From: an uncultured bacterium
GTDB taxonomy: Bacteria; Margulisbacteria; WOR-1; O2-12-FULL-45-9
DNA: 64,000 bases
Reading direction: 5' to 3'
Assembly (NCBI GenBank): GCA_964568455.1
Contig: CAZMPJ010000009.1
Location: forward strand, 306 to 64,305
Part shown: positions 1-11,045 of the stretch, one piece after another
Numbering within the stretch: the stretch's first letter is position 1
How the letters are laid out: each line of letters begins with the position of its first letter
Notes under the pieces: model-generated
What the model was told of the DNA's origin: nothing
Seen by the model: only the letters and a program-made list of their open reading frames with translations
The model's database searches: none
Translations under genes and position numbers: made by a program

Positions 1-519
1 GATTTGTTTGATGTTGACGACGTGATTAAGGGAATATCGAAAAAAATGGTGCGTCGGCATCCCCATGTTTTTGGTGATAAGAAGGCAAAAAATGCTGAGC
101 AAGTTTTGAAGAAATGGGAGAAAATTAAGCGCAAAGAACGCAAAGGTAAAAAGAGTTTAATGGAAGGGGTGCCAAAAAGTTTGCCTGCACTATATCGAGC
201 AGAAAAAGTGCAAAAGAGAGCAGCAAGAGTTGGTTTTGATTGGGATAATGTTGCTGGAGCTTGGGAAAAAGTTCACGAAGAAATCAAAGAAGTTAAATCA
301 GAGAAAAAGAGGCAAAGGATAGAAGAAGAAATAGGGGATTTGTTGTTTGCTGTTACAAATGTGGCTAGAAAATTAGATATTAATGCAGAGCAAGCTTTGC
401 AATCTTCTAATCTTAAGTTTATTAAGCGTTTTTCTGTTATAGAAAAAGAACTGCAAAAGAAGAAACTTACCCTCAGGCAAATGGATGCCCTTTGGGACCA
501 AGCCAAAAAGATGGTATAA
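1..519 (+). CDS. mazG: MazG-family nucleoside triphosphate pyrophosphohydrolase, C-terminal portion (5' end lies outside the window)
   Basis: Frame is open from the window edge. 'RRHPHVFGD' and 'EEIGDLLFAV' are MazG/NTP-PPase-type motifs. Confidence 0.65.
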   Translation, partial: DLFDVDDVIKGISKKMVRRHPHVFGDKKAKNAEQVLKKWEKIKRKERKGKKSLMEGVPKSLPALYRAEKVQKRAARVGFDWDNVAGAWEKVHEEIKEVKSEKKRQRIEEEIGDLLFAVTNVARKLDINAEQALQSSNLKFIKRFSVIEKELQKKKLTLRQMDALWDQAKKMV

Positions 520-2327
520 TAGACTATATGAAGGCTAATTGGAAGAATATTTTCATCTATTTACTGATTGTTTTAGCGGCGGTAGCTATTCTTGCGCCGC
601 TGTTTCCTAGTGAAACCGCTTCTAAAGAAGTGGCTTTTTCCAGTTTTTTAGATTTAGTTGATCAAGGCAAGATTGCTGAAGTTACTATTGCCGGAGATCA
701 GGTTTCTGGCACTTTGAATGATAAAAGCAAATTTCGTACCCGCGCAATCAGCTATCCCAACCTAGTGCCCGAGCTTAGAAATAAAGGTATTTCCATAAAA
801 ATTGATGCTCCGGTTGAAGCCAACTGGATGTGGAACTTAGCTATCCAATTATTAATCCCCATTGCCTTTTTTGGTTTACTTTGGTGGCTTTTGATTCGCC
901 AGGCTCAAGGGGCAAACCAGCAGGCCATGAAATTTGGCCGCTCAAAAGCTAAACCTTTGATTGGCAAAGTTAATGTTACCTTTAAAGATGTAGCTGGGGT
1001 AGATGAAGCCAAAGAAGAGCTGGCCGAGATTGTTGAATTTTTAAAAACCCCAGAAAAATTCCAAAAACTGGGAGCCAAGATCCCCAAAGGCTTACTTTTA
1101 ATGGGTGCACCTGGAACTGGTAAAACTTTGTTAGCCAGAGCAATTGCTGGAGAAGCAGGAGTACCTTTTTTCTCTATGTCAGGCTCTGATTTTGTAGAAA
1201 TGTTTGTGGGTGTTGGCGCTAGCAGGGTTCGCAGTTTGTTCACTGAAGCAAAAAAACAAACTCCTTGTATCATCTTTATGGATGAAATTGATGCAGTAGG
1301 CCGACATCGTGGGGCAGGGGTTGGTGGTGGTCATGATGAAAGAGAACAGACTTTAAATCAGTTATTAGTGGAAATGGACGGGTTTGACCCAAACATTAAC
1401 ATTATAGTAGTAGCGGCAACCAACCGGCCGGATATTTTAGATCCAGCCTTGCTTCGTCCCGGCCGCTTTGACCGCAGAATAATTCTTGATAAACCTGATC
1501 TAAAAGGCCGCGAAGAAATCTTAAAAATCCATGCTAAAAATAAGCCATTAGACAAAAATGTCGACTTAAAAATTGTAGCCAGGCGTACACCTGGATTTAC
1601 TGGAGCAGACCTTGAAAGTGTTTTAAACGAGGCAGCTATTTTAGCCGCGCGAGCAGATAAAAAAGAAGTTTTTATGGCGCAAGTTGAAGAAGCGGTTGAT
1701 CGGGTTATAGCTGGGCCAGAGAAAAAGAGTCGTATAATTTCTGATAAAGAAAAAGATATCATTGCTTATCATGAGGTAGGACATGCTATCCTTTCAAAAG
1801 TTTTACCTAAAGCTGATTCCGTGCATAAAATATCAATTCTTCCTCGAGGAATGGCTCTCGGTTATACCTTGCAGCTGCCAGAAGAAGATAAGCATTTAAT
1901 GAGCAAATCTGAAGTTGTAGATCAAGTTACGGTTTTAATGGGTGGTCGGGTAGCAGAAGAGCTAATTTTTAATGATATTACTTCTGGAGCGCAAAATGAT
2001 TTGCAACGTGCTACTGACTCTGCCAAAAAAATGGTTTGCGAATTTGGTATGAGTAAGCTTGGGCCTAGAACTTATGGCAGAAAAGACCACCAAATCTTTT
2101 TAGGTCGCGATATTGCGGAGACAAAAGATTACAGTGATGAAACCGCGGACAAGATTGATGAGCAAATAACAGCTATTTTAGATTATTGCCATAATCGGGC
2201 TAAAGAAATACTTTCTACTAATAAAGAAAAGCTGGTTTCCATTGCTAAAGTTCTTCGGGAAAAAGAAACTCTGGAAAATCATGACCTCAAAGAAGCACTG
2301 AAGGATCTGAAGCTTCCTAATGCATAA
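492..2327 (+). CDS. ftsH: ATP-dependent zinc metalloprotease FtsH
   Basis: N-terminal TM segments; AAA Walker A 'GAPGTGKT'; second region of homology; zinc site 'HEVGHA'. The length fits FtsH. The start may be the internal 'MKANW' at 528, because 492 overlaps the mazG end. Confidence 0.9.
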   Translation: MGPSQKDGIIDYMKANWKNIFIYLLIVLAAVAILAPLFPSETASKEVAFSSFLDLVDQGKIAEVTIAGDQVSGTLNDKSKFRTRAISYPNLVPELRNKGISIKIDAPVEANWMWNLAIQLLIPIAFFGLLWWLLIRQAQGANQQAMKFGRSKAKPLIGKVNVTFKDVAGVDEAKEELAEIVEFLKTPEKFQKLGAKIPKGLLLMGAPGTGKTLLARAIAGEAGVPFFSMSGSDFVEMFVGVGASRVRSLFTEAKKQTPCIIFMDEIDAVGRHRGAGVGGGHDEREQTLNQLLVEMDGFDPNINIIVVAATNRPDILDPALLRPGRFDRRIILDKPDLKGREEILKIHAKNKPLDKNVDLKIVARRTPGFTGADLESVLNEAAILAARADKKEVFMAQVEEAVDRVIAGPEKKSRIISDKEKDIIAYHEVGHAILSKVLPKADSVHKISILPRGMALGYTLQLPEEDKHLMSKSEVVDQVTVLMGGRVAEELIFNDITSGAQNDLQRATDSAKKMVCEFGMSKLGPRTYGRKDHQIFLGRDIAETKDYSDETADKIDEQITAILDYCHNRAKEILSTNKEKLVSIAKVLREKETLENHDLKEALKDLKLPNA

Positions 2328-3129
2328 GATTGTTGAGTGTGTTATCAATTTTTCTGAGGGCAGAGATCTGGCGGTAGTTGATTCCATTGTTGCTGCTGTA
2401 AAATCCACTAAAGTTTTAAATGTTCACTCTGATCCAGACCACAACCGCACTGTAGTTACTTTTATGGGTGAGCCCAAAAAAGCTACTCAAGCTGCCTTTG
2501 AATTAACCGAGCGCGCCATGCAATTATTAGACATTAAAGAGCATCAAGGCGAGCATCCTTTTATTGGCGTCGTAGATGTTATTCCTTTTGTGCCGATTAA
2601 AAATATAACTGTTGAAGAGACGGTTAAGCTAGCTCGTGATTTTGGTAAAAATCTAACCAAAACACTTGCTTTGCCTGTTTATTTTTACGGCGAGATTAAT
2701 AAGAAAGAACTACCATCAGTCCGTAAAGGGAATTTTGATAAAGGCAAACATGTGACCGCTGGTGCAGTAGCTGTTGGAGTTAGAGATTTCTTGATTGCTT
2801 TTAATGTTAATTTAAATACCAGTGATATTGATATTGCGAGATCAATTGCCAAAAATATTCGTGAAAAAAGTGGAGGGCTTGCTGGCATCCGTGCCTTAGG
2901 CATTCAACTTAAAAGCAGAAATATTACCCAAGTTTCAATCAATATTACCAATCACAAGATGACTTCTATGAAAAAAGTTTTTGATCAGGTAAAAATGTGG
3001 GCCAAAGAATATAAAGTTGAAATTATCGAATCTGAATTAGTAGGCATGATCCCTAAAGAAGCTTATTTTGAGGGGATGACAGAATATTTGAAACTGCCGG
3101 GGTTTAGCGAAGGCCTGATTTTGCGCTGA
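2320..3129 (+). CDS. ftcD: Glutamate formimidoyltransferase (formiminotransferase domain only)
   Basis: 'VECVINFSEGRD' matches the hallmark 'ECVPNFSEGR' of the FtcD formiminotransferase N-domain. There is no cyclodeaminase domain. Confidence 0.6.
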   Translation: MHKIVECVINFSEGRDLAVVDSIVAAVKSTKVLNVHSDPDHNRTVVTFMGEPKKATQAAFELTERAMQLLDIKEHQGEHPFIGVVDVIPFVPIKNITVEETVKLARDFGKNLTKTLALPVYFYGEINKKELPSVRKGNFDKGKHVTAGAVAVGVRDFLIAFNVNLNTSDIDIARSIAKNIREKSGGLAGIRALGIQLKSRNITQVSINITNHKMTSMKKVFDQVKMWAKEYKVEIIESELVGMIPKEAYFEGMTEYLKLPGFSEGLILR

Positions 3130-3131
3130 AA

Positions 3132-3986
3132 TTAATTTGTGAGAGAAAAGGCTTCTTCTGTGGTCTTACCAAGGCGAAGCGGTTGTTGGGGCCTGAAGTA
3201 TCTGGCTCTGAATTTAGCCCCATCTCCTTCTATCTGTTGTGGACAATATGCTCGACAAAGAAATTGTTCTCCTGCCAGCCTCATTGCTGTGCTAATTAAA
3301 ATCTGACTTAATGTTGAAAATCCCTTTCCCCCTTTATGGCGATAGGCGGGGGCAATAGAAAAGTTAACAAATGTAAATCCCATGGGGATTTTTTTAGTTC
3401 CTGCTAATTTATGCCTTGTTTGCATGATATCGTGTGATAATTCCCAACTTGAAATTTTAAGGGATTTCAGGAACTCTGTAAAAGCAGGCTGGAAGTCAAA
3501 ATGTGGTGCAAAGCTATCTTTCATAATGCCTTCATGGGGATTAATAGAGGCATTAAAAGTCCCAACCAAATCTTGTGGTGAACTGAAATCAAACACATCC
3601 AAAGCTAACGTAAAACGAAAACGAAAGGTTGACTCGCTTGTTGTATTCTGAAAAGCCAAAGAAAAAATAAGCTCCTGACCGTCATGAAATTGATGTGGCG
3701 TAAATCCATTTTCAACCAGGTGATAAAATTCTTCATCTGGTAATTTTGCTGCAAGCGTGTCAGTAAAAGGGTGGTGATAGCTTGTTTCTATGCCAAGCTG
3801 GCCGTCAGTTGTAAGACCAAGAGTAAAAGGAACATGGTTTGGCCGCTTAACTTCAGCAACTTTCCTTCTTTTGCTGAACAAGCGATCCAAATCACCATCA
3901 ACGCTTTGTAATTTTCTGTTTAAGCCCAGCCTTTTTACGTTACATGTAATAAAGGCCTTTTGTAAAGAAGATATTGGTCTTAACAT
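3132..3986 (-). CDS. GNAT-fold N-acyltransferase-like protein (FemAB/FeeM-like), function unknown
   Basis: C-terminal 'RHKGGKGFSTL' resembles the GNAT acyl-CoA-binding motif (R/Q-x-x-G-x-G/A). The rest has no clear family match by eye. Confidence 0.35.
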   Translation of the reverse strand: MLRPISSLQKAFITCNVKRLGLNRKLQSVDGDLDRLFSKRRKVAEVKRPNHVPFTLGLTTDGQLGIETSYHHPFTDTLAAKLPDEEFYHLVENGFTPHQFHDGQELIFSLAFQNTTSESTFRFRFTLALDVFDFSSPQDLVGTFNASINPHEGIMKDSFAPHFDFQPAFTEFLKSLKISSWELSHDIMQTRHKLAGTKKIPMGFTFVNFSIAPAYRHKGGKGFSTLSQILISTAMRLAGEQFLCRAYCPQQIEGDGAKFRARYFRPQQPLRLGKTTEEAFSLTN

Positions 3987-4054
3987 GTTTTATTATCGGC
4001 TGATTTGGGACAAAATTTCACTAAATTCAGTTTTTATGTTAAAATTAACCAATT

Positions 4055-6688
4055 ATGAGTCAAGAAATCCCAAAAACATATAATCCGACTGAAATTGAGG
4101 CAAAGTGGTATAAATTTTGGGAAGAAAACAAACTTTTTTGTCCCGAAGAAAATTCTTCTAAAAAACCATTCACTATTGTAATTCCTCCACCCAATGTTAC
4201 TGGTAACCTGCACATGGGTCATGCGCTGGATAACTCAATTCAAGATGTTTTGATTCGCTACAAAAAAATGCAAGGCTTTAATACGCTGTGGGTGCCGGGG
4301 ACTGACCATGCAGGCATTGCCACTCAAAATGTGGTGGCTAAAGCTTTGAAAAAAGAGGGTAAAACCAAGGAAGACTTAGGTCGGGAAGAATTTATAAAAC
4401 GAGTTTGGCAGTGGAAAGAAGAGTATGGTGGCAATATTACCAGGCAGCTTAGAAGACTAGGCTGTGCTCTGGATTGGACTCGCGAGCGTTTTACCATGGA
4501 TGAGGGCTTGTCTAAGGCTGTGATTCATGAGTTTGTTACATTATACAAACAAGGCTTAATCTATCGAGGTAAACGTTTAGTTAACTGGTGTCCAAAGTGT
4601 GGCACCGCGATTTCTGATATTGAAGTTGAGCATGAAACCAAGCATGGCAAACTTTGGTGGATCAAATATCCAGTTGATGGAGCCAAAGACTTTGTAAAAG
4701 TTGCAACAACCAGGCCGGAGACAATGTTAGGAGACACAGCAGTTGCTGTTAACCCAAAAGATAATAGATATAAAAAATTAATTGGTAAAATGTTGGTTCT
4801 GCCTTTAGTAGGCAGAAAAATACCAATTGTGGCGGATGATTTTGTTGATCCTGAATTTGGTTCTGGAGCAGTAAAGGTTACTCCTGCGCATGATCCTAAT
4901 GATTTTGAAATAGGAGAGCGGCACGATCTACCTAGAGTAAATATTTTAACCAAAACTGCGAAAATTACCTTGGAAGAATTTGCAGCAAACGAAAAAGAGA
5001 CTTTAAAAGCCTTGGAAGGTTTGGATCGGTTTAAAGCAAGGGGAGAAATTGTAAGATTATTAGGAGAAAAAGGCTATTTAGATAAAATTGAAGATTATGA
5101 AAACTCTGTTGGTGAATGTTATCGTTGTAAATCAATAATTGAACCTTATTTATCAGACCAATGGTATGTAAAAGTGGCAGATTTAGCTAGAGAAGCCATT
5201 AAAGTGGTTGAAGAAGGTAAAATTAAATTTGTTCCTGCGCGCTGGACCAAAATCTACATTAATTGGATGGCCAATTTGAGAGATTGGTGTATTTCAAGAC
5301 AATTGTGGTGGGGTCATCGGATTCCAGTTTGGTATAAAGGTGACGAAATTTATGTTGGAGAAGAGGCGCCAAAAGGAGAGGGCTGGGAGCAAGATCCAGA
5401 TGTGTTTGATACCTGGTTTTCGTCTGCGCTGTGGCCGTTTTCCACTTTAGGTTGGCCAGAGCAAACTAAAGAACTCAAAACTTTTTACCCAACCGATGTT
5501 TTAGTCACTGGCTATGACATTATTACTTTTTGGGTTTCACGTATGATCATGACGGGTACGCATTTTATGAAAAAAGAACCTTTTCATACTGTTTTTATCC
5601 ACGGCTTAGTCCGTGACGCGCAAGGTAAAAAGATGAGCAAGTCTTTTGGCAATGTAATTGACCCAATTAAAATTATTGACGATGTTGGCTCTGATGCACT
5701 TAGATTTGCTTTAATCTCTTTAATTACTGGCCAGGGCCAAGATATTAAGCTGATGAAAGAGAAGATTACAGAGGCTAGAAATTTTACTAATAAGATTTGG
5801 AACGTTACGCGATTTGTTTTAATGACAAGTGAAAGTAAAACGGATGCCGAGAAAAAAGGTTTGGCCGATAAGTGGATTCTAAGTCGATATAATCAAACGA
5901 TTAAAGAAGTTACGAATTTAATTGAATCGTATGATTTTGGAGCGGCTGCCAAGGCAATTTACGACTTTATCTGGGGTGAGTTTTGCGATTGGTATGTGGA
6001 AATATCAAAAGCCGACCTTTATTCGGAAGACGAAAAGCGAAAACAAAAAGTTTTAAATGTTCTCTTGCAAGTTTTAGAAGGCTCCATGAAACTAGCTCAT
6101 CCTTTTATGCCGTTTATTTCAGAGGAAATATGCCAGATATTAAATCCTAATATTCAAACGATAATGAAAGAAGAATGGCCGAAGGTTGAGAAAAAGCAGA
6201 TTGATTTGGATGTTGAGAAAAAGATGGAATTGGTTAAGGAAATCATTGTTAAAGTTAGAAACATTAAGGCGGAAATGGGTGTGCAGACTAAGGATGTGGA
6301 ATTAATATTAGTGGCTTCTAAGAAAAAAGAAAAAGAAACGTTAGAAGCTGGCCAAGAATACATTAAAGCTTTGGCTAAGGCGCCTAAAATTGAAATCGTC
6401 AGCAAACTTAAACAGAAACCAGACCAGTCTGCCACTGGAGTAGTGGGTGATATTGAGTTTTTTGTGCCGCTAAAAGGGATTATTGATATTAATAAAGAAA
6501 TTGAACGACTGAAAAAAGAACAAGGTAAATGCGAACAAGAAATCGCTCACCTTGAAAAACTGCTGGCCAATAAAAACTTTACTGCCAAAGCGCCTAAGGA
6601 TGCAGTACAGAAGAAAAAAGATAGAATTAGCGAGTTAAAAGATAAACAGAAGCTTATGGCGGAACGAATTAAGGATCTTACTGAATAA
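4055..6688 (+). CDS. valS: Valine--tRNA ligase
   Basis: HIGH motif 'PPPNVTGNLHMGHA', 'KMSKS' motif, C-terminal coiled-coil; 877 aa. Confidence 0.95.
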   Translation: MSQEIPKTYNPTEIEAKWYKFWEENKLFCPEENSSKKPFTIVIPPPNVTGNLHMGHALDNSIQDVLIRYKKMQGFNTLWVPGTDHAGIATQNVVAKALKKEGKTKEDLGREEFIKRVWQWKEEYGGNITRQLRRLGCALDWTRERFTMDEGLSKAVIHEFVTLYKQGLIYRGKRLVNWCPKCGTAISDIEVEHETKHGKLWWIKYPVDGAKDFVKVATTRPETMLGDTAVAVNPKDNRYKKLIGKMLVLPLVGRKIPIVADDFVDPEFGSGAVKVTPAHDPNDFEIGERHDLPRVNILTKTAKITLEEFAANEKETLKALEGLDRFKARGEIVRLLGEKGYLDKIEDYENSVGECYRCKSIIEPYLSDQWYVKVADLAREAIKVVEEGKIKFVPARWTKIYINWMANLRDWCISRQLWWGHRIPVWYKGDEIYVGEEAPKGEGWEQDPDVFDTWFSSALWPFSTLGWPEQTKELKTFYPTDVLVTGYDIITFWVSRMIMTGTHFMKKEPFHTVFIHGLVRDAQGKKMSKSFGNVIDPIKIIDDVGSDALRFALISLITGQGQDIKLMKEKITEARNFTNKIWNVTRFVLMTSESKTDAEKKGLADKWILSRYNQTIKEVTNLIESYDFGAAAKAIYDFIWGEFCDWYVEISKADLYSEDEKRKQKVLNVLLQVLEGSMKLAHPFMPFISEEICQILNPNIQTIMKEEWPKVEKKQIDLDVEKKMELVKEIIVKVRNIKAEMGVQTKDVELILVASKKKEKETLEAGQEYIKALAKAPKIEIVSKLKQKPDQSATGVVGDIEFFVPLKGIIDINKEIERLKKEQGKCEQEIAHLEKLLANKNFTAKAPKDAVQKKKDRISELKDKQKLMAERIKDLTE

Positions 6689-7454
6689 TTTTTGTGATCT
6701 TGCTGGCTTTACCACTCTTTTCATCTACTTCAATTAAAACCGCATTAAAAAGTTTAGGACCAGTGTCAGTAGGTTCAAACTTTGCGCTCATGGAAGTTAG
6801 GAAGCGTTTTAGAATTTGCTCTTTGTTCATGCCGATAATAGAATTGCTTCCGCCTACCATACCCACATCAGTAATATAAGCAGTTCCTTTTGGTAAAACT
6901 TGTTCATCTGTAGTCATAACATGAGTGTGAGTGCCTAAAACTACAGAAACTCTGCCGTCTAAATACCAGCCCATGGCATTTTTTTCTGAAGTAGCTTCAG
7001 CATGTATGTCTATTAAGATAATATTGGTTTCCTTTTGAATAGTGGGTAGTAGTTTATCTATAACTTGAAAAGGGCAGTCAATCGGCGGCATAAAAGTGCG
7101 GCCATTAAGATTGGCAATAGCTAGTTTTACGCCGTCCCGCTCAATAATAACAAATCTTTTGCCTGGAACCCCATCAGGATAATTGGCTGGCCGAACCATA
7201 TTGGGAAATTTTTCCATAATTTTAGTGATTTCCCTTTTATCCCACATATGGTTGCCCATGGTAATGGCATCAATCCCCATATCCATTAAACCATTGTAAA
7301 CTTTTTCTGTAATACCATAGCCATGAGCAGAGTTTTCACCGTTGGCGATAATAAAATCTGGCTTAAGCTTTTCCCTTAAGTCAGGAAGCAGCTCCCGGCA
7401 GATCTGCCGACCGTATTTGCCAATTATATCGCCGATAAATAATATTTTTTTCAT
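6678..7454 (-). CDS. ymdB: YmdB-like metallophosphoesterase (2',3'-cyclic-nucleotide phosphodiesterase family, TIGR00282)
   Basis: 'MKKILFIGDIIGK...ANGEN..HG' calcineurin-like metallophosphoesterase pattern typical of YmdB. The likely true start is the internal Met at 7454, not the ORF start at 7487. It lies directly downstream of rny, as in Firmicutes. Confidence 0.8.
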   Translation of the reverse strand: MKKILFIGDIIGKYGRQICRELLPDLREKLKPDFIIANGENSAHGYGITEKVYNGLMDMGIDAITMGNHMWDKREITKIMEKFPNMVRPANYPDGVPGKRFVIIERDGVKLAIANLNGRTFMPPIDCPFQVIDKLLPTIQKETNIILIDIHAEATSEKNAMGWYLDGRVSVVLGTHTHVMTTDEQVLPKGTAYITDVGMVGGSNSIIGMNKEQILKRFLTSMSAKFEPTDTGPKLFNAVLIEVDEKSGKASKITKIIQ

Positions 7455-7455
7455 C

Positions 7456-9003
7456 TTATTTTGCTGTGTCCTGGGCTCGAGTTTCACGGATCACAGTTAC
7501 TTTAACTTCGCCTGGGTACTCAAGCTCTGCTTCGATTTTCTTGGCAATATCGTGCGCTAATTTTATTGCTGCATTATCATCAATTTTTTGTGGTTCAACA
7601 ATTACCCGCACTTCTCGCCCAGCTTGGATAGCATAACTTTTTTCAACTCCTGCAAAGTTTTTGGCTAAAGTTTCCAGTTTTTCCAGACGTTTGATATAAG
7701 CCTCTAATGTATCGCGTCTGGCGCCCGGGCGTGCCGCAGAAATTGCGTCACAAGCCTGCACAATCACAGCTTCAATGGTTTTTGGATCCACATCGCCATG
7801 ATGCGCTTCCATACCATGGATTACTTCTGGTGTTTCCCCGGCTTTTTTAGCCAGCATTACGCCCAGTTTTACGTGAGTGCCTTCGGTTTCTTGGTCAACT
7901 GCTTTTCCAATATCATGCAAGAGGGCAGCGCGCTTAGCCAAATTAACACTGACGCCGAGTTCTCCTGCTAGCATGCCGGCAATTTGAGCCATTTCCACTG
8001 AATGTTGAAGAACATTTTGGCCATAACTGGTTCTAAAATGTAGTCTTCCCAGCAATTGAATTAATACTGGTGGCAGTCCTCTTACCCCGGCTTTCATAGC
8101 AGCCTGTTCACCATACTCAACCAAAGCTACTTTCACTTCGTCTTGAGCTTTTTTAAACATTTCTTCAACTCTAGTGGGGTGGATCCTTCCGTCAGCAATT
8201 AATTTCCGCAAAGTAATTCCAGCGATTTCTCGACGGTAAGGACTAAAATTAGACAGAATAACTGCTTCGGGAGTATCATCAACAATTAAGTCTACGCCGG
8301 TTAGAGTTTCAAACGCGCGGATGTTTCTACCTTCGCGGCCAATAATTCTGCCTTTCATATCATCGCTTGGTAGTTCAACCACACTGGTAGTGGTTTCAAC
8401 CGTGGTATCTGCTGCGCAGCGCTGTATAGCAGTAGTTACAATCTCACGAGCTTTTTTTTCTGCTTCAGCTTTTATCTTTTCTTCATTAGCCTTAATCCTT
8501 TTGCCTGCTTCACTAGCTAATTCAGCGTCAAGCTTTGTCATCAACTCTTTTTTTGCATCTTCTTTTGACAAGCTGGCAGCTTTGGCCAAGGCTTCAATCT
8601 GTTCTTCCCGGGCTTTTTGTAAGTTAGTGCGAATTTTATCCAAGTCCGCCTCAATCTTTTTGATCTGGGATTCTCTTTTATCTGTTTCTTTAGACTTTTC
8701 ATCTAAGCGATCTTCTCGATCTTCCAGTCTTCTTTCTAATTTAGTAAGCTCAGACCTTCTTTCTTTGTTGTTCCTTTCCAATTCAGCTTTTAATTTTAAA
8801 GATTCATCTTTTGCTTCCAGGATCCCTTCTTTTCGGGCTCTTTCTGCTTCCTTTTTTGCGTCTTCCAGCATTCTCTTTGCAGTTTCTTCAGCAATCTTTA
8901 CTTTTTGTTCTGCTTTTCCTCTGCGCATCCCGTAAAAAAGGATAACGCCGATGATAACCGTAGCAATGGGAACCATGATAAATACCATTAATTCAAGTGA
9001 CAT
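7456..9003 (-). CDS. rny: Ribonuclease Y
   Basis: N-terminal TM helix, long Lys/Glu coiled-coil, KH domain ('[29 protein letters not shown]'), HD domain ('LLHDIGKA'). Confidence 0.85.
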   Translation of the reverse strand: MSLELMVFIMVPIATVIIGVILFYGMRRGKAEQKVKIAEETAKRMLEDAKKEAERARKEGILEAKDESLKLKAELERNNKERRSELTKLERRLEDREDRLDEKSKETDKRESQIKKIEADLDKIRTNLQKAREEQIEALAKAASLSKEDAKKELMTKLDAELASEAGKRIKANEEKIKAEAEKKAREIVTTAIQRCAADTTVETTTSVVELPSDDMKGRIIGREGRNIRAFETLTGVDLIVDDTPEAVILSNFSPYRREIAGITLRKLIADGRIHPTRVEEMFKKAQDEVKVALVEYGEQAAMKAGVRGLPPVLIQLLGRLHFRTSYGQNVLQHSVEMAQIAGMLAGELGVSVNLAKRAALLHDIGKAVDQETEGTHVKLGVMLAKKAGETPEVIHGMEAHHGDVDPKTIEAVIVQACDAISAARPGARRDTLEAYIKRLEKLETLAKNFAGVEKSYAIQAGREVRVIVEPQKIDDNAAIKLAHDIAKKIEAELEYPGEVKVTVIRETRAQDTAK

Positions 9004-9015
9004 GCTATTTCCTCC

Positions 9016-10002
9016 TTAATTAGTTATTTTTTTCCTGATTTCAGTTTCAATCTTGTTAGCGATCTTTTTATTCTCTTTTAAATAATTTGTTGCGCCTTCG
9101 AGTCCTTGGCCCAGTTTTTGGCCTTGGTATGAGAACCAGGATCCGCTTTTTTCTACAATCTCAAGATTTACGCCAAGGTCAATTAATTCTGCTTGGTGTA
9201 AAATCCCTTCCCCGTGAATTAAAATGAAGCTGGTAATACGGAAGGGTGGGGCAACTTTGTTTTTAACGACCTTAACTTTTACTCGCGATCCAATAATCCT
9301 GTCTGCTTTTTTAATTTTTTCTGAACTTCTAACATCTAAACGCACTGAAGAATAAAACTTTAATGCTCTTCCTCCGGGAGTGGTTTCCGGGTTGCCAAAC
9401 ATAACTCCGATCTTTTCGCGTAACTGGTTGATAAAGATCATACAAGTTTTAGACTTAGAAATTGCCGCAGTAAGTTTTCTAAGTGCTTGAGACATGAGCC
9501 GGGCTTGCACACCCATCATGCTGTCTCCCATTTCACCTTCGATTTCTCTTTTTGGAACCAGCGCAGCAACTGAATCAACCACAATAACGTCAATGGCTCC
9601 GGAACGAATTAGGGTTTCTGCGATTTCTAAGGCTTGTTCACCATAATCTGGCTGAGAAATTAATAAATTATCAATATCAACTCCAAGCCTTTTCGCGTAA
9701 GTTGGATCAAGTGAATGTTCGGCGTCAATAAAAGCAGCTGTGCCGCCTTTTTTCTGAACCTCGGCAATAGCATGCAAGCTAACCGTGGTTTTTCCGCCGC
9801 CTTCTGGGCCAAAAATCTCAATTACCCTTCCTCGAGGAAGTCCCCCGACGCCTAAAGCGTCATCTAAACCAATTGATCCCGTGGGAATGGTTTCAATTTT
9901 AAATTTAGTATGTTCGCCCATCTTCATGATGGAACCTTTGCCAAAGTTTTTTTCGATCTGTGAAATTGCGAGTCCGAGTGCTTTTGCTTTTCCGTCTGTC
10001 AT
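9016..10002 (-). CDS. recA: Recombinase RecA
   Basis: Walker A 'GPEGGGKTT'; canonical RecA core and L2 region; 328 aa. Confidence 0.95.
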   Translation of the reverse strand: MTDGKAKALGLAISQIEKNFGKGSIMKMGEHTKFKIETIPTGSIGLDDALGVGGLPRGRVIEIFGPEGGGKTTVSLHAIAEVQKKGGTAAFIDAEHSLDPTYAKRLGVDIDNLLISQPDYGEQALEIAETLIRSGAIDVIVVDSVAALVPKREIEGEMGDSMMGVQARLMSQALRKLTAAISKSKTCMIFINQLREKIGVMFGNPETTPGGRALKFYSSVRLDVRSSEKIKKADRIIGSRVKVKVVKNKVAPPFRITSFILIHGEGILHQAELIDLGVNLEIVEKSGSWFSYQGQKLGQGLEGATNYLKENKKIANKIETEIRKKITN

Positions 10003-10014
10003 CTTTCTTCCTCC

Positions 10015-10572
10015 TTATTTTAAAATATCTTTGCCTCCCAGATGTAGCCAAAGTAATCCAATGGCAGCCTGGGCAGCTTTTTCCCTGATTTCTGTTCTAG
10101 TCCCTTGCAGATTCAATTCTTTCCATTCTGTCCCTTGATCCGAGGCCAGGGCAATATAAATTCTTCCCACTGGAGCTGGTGGCATAGGGCCTGGCCCTGC
10201 TGCTCCGGTAGCGCTAATGCCAATATCTGTTTTAAACCTTTTCCTGATTTCTTCAGCTAAAGACACGGCTACTTCTTTGCTTACTACTCCGTGCTTACTA
10301 ATAATATTGGCTGGGACCCCAACCTGGATTACTTTTGTCCGGTTGTGGTAGCAGACAATTCCGCCCATAAAAAAATCAGAACTGGAAGGTACACTACTTA
10401 AATGGCTGGCGATTAATCCGCCGGTTAATGATTCTGCTACTGAAATAGTTTGTTTAGACTCTTTTAACAAACCAGCAATCTGTTTGTCACTTATCTTGCC
10501 TATATTTGAGAGGACTTTGGTAAAAAAATCCTCTATTTTTATTTCAACAGCAGGTATTTTTTGTTCTGCCAT
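10015..10572 (-). CDS. cinA: CinA C-terminal domain protein / nicotinamide-nucleotide amidohydrolase PncC-like
   Basis: 'ISVAESLTGGLIAS' matches the CinA_C family signature region; 185 aa. It lies downstream of recA, the classic cinA-recA linkage. Confidence 0.7.
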   Translation of the reverse strand: MAEQKIPAVEIKIEDFFTKVLSNIGKISDKQIAGLLKESKQTISVAESLTGGLIASHLSSVPSSSDFFMGGIVCYHNRTKVIQVGVPANIISKHGVVSKEVAVSLAEEIRKRFKTDIGISATGAAGPGPMPPAPVGRIYIALASDQGTEWKELNLQGTRTEIREKAAQAAIGLLWLHLGGKDILK

Positions 10573-11045
10573 AAGTATGCACCACCTGAAATATATCCAA
10601 GCAGCACTGCTAACCAGAGAACTAGAGAGGCCGTGGGTAATTTAAGAATTAACATGAAAACTGCTAAAACTTGTACTACAGTTTTGGTCTTTGCTAATAG
10701 ACTTGCTTCCAGCACTTTGCCGGCGCGAGCTAAGTTTACTCTTAATCCCGAAACCATCAGTTCTCTTGCGACTAGCAGCATTACTGCTACGACACTGGCT
10801 TTGCTTTGCGCTACCAGTGCCAAAAGAATGGTTATTACAAGGAGCTTATCCGCTAAAGGATCTAAAAATTTGCCCAAATCTGATACTTGGTTAAATTTAC
10901 GGGCGATATACCCGTCCAAAGCATCAGAAAAAGAAAGGGCCAAAAACAAAATTGCCGCTAAACCGTTAATTTCGCTTAAAAGCAGGGCGGCTACCAGGGG
11001 GATAAAAGCAATTCGTAATAATGTAATTACATTTGCAAGGGTCAA
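10539..11045 (-). CDS. pgsA: CDP-diacylglycerol--glycerol-3-phosphate 3-phosphatidyltransferase
   Basis: CDP-alcohol phosphatidyltransferase motif 'D..DG..AR' ('DALDGYIARK'); multiple TM helices. Confidence 0.75.
   Translation of the reverse strand: MTLANVITLLRIAFIPLVAALLLSEINGLAAILFLALSFSDALDGYIARKFNQVSDLGKFLDPLADKLLVITILLALVAQSKASVVAVMLLVARELMVSGLRVNLARAGKVLEASLLAKTKTVVQVLAVFMLILKLPTASLVLWLAVLLGYISGGAYLWQNKKYLLLK

Noticed and set aside
3987-4054. T-box leader upstream of valS
   Set aside because: The spacer is only 68 bp. It has no specifier loop or terminator/antiterminator architecture.
8321-8935. 204-aa plus-strand ORF rich in Ser/Ala/Leu
   Set aside because: Antisense to the Lys/Glu coiled-coil region of rny. 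This is a typical shadow ORF with no motif.
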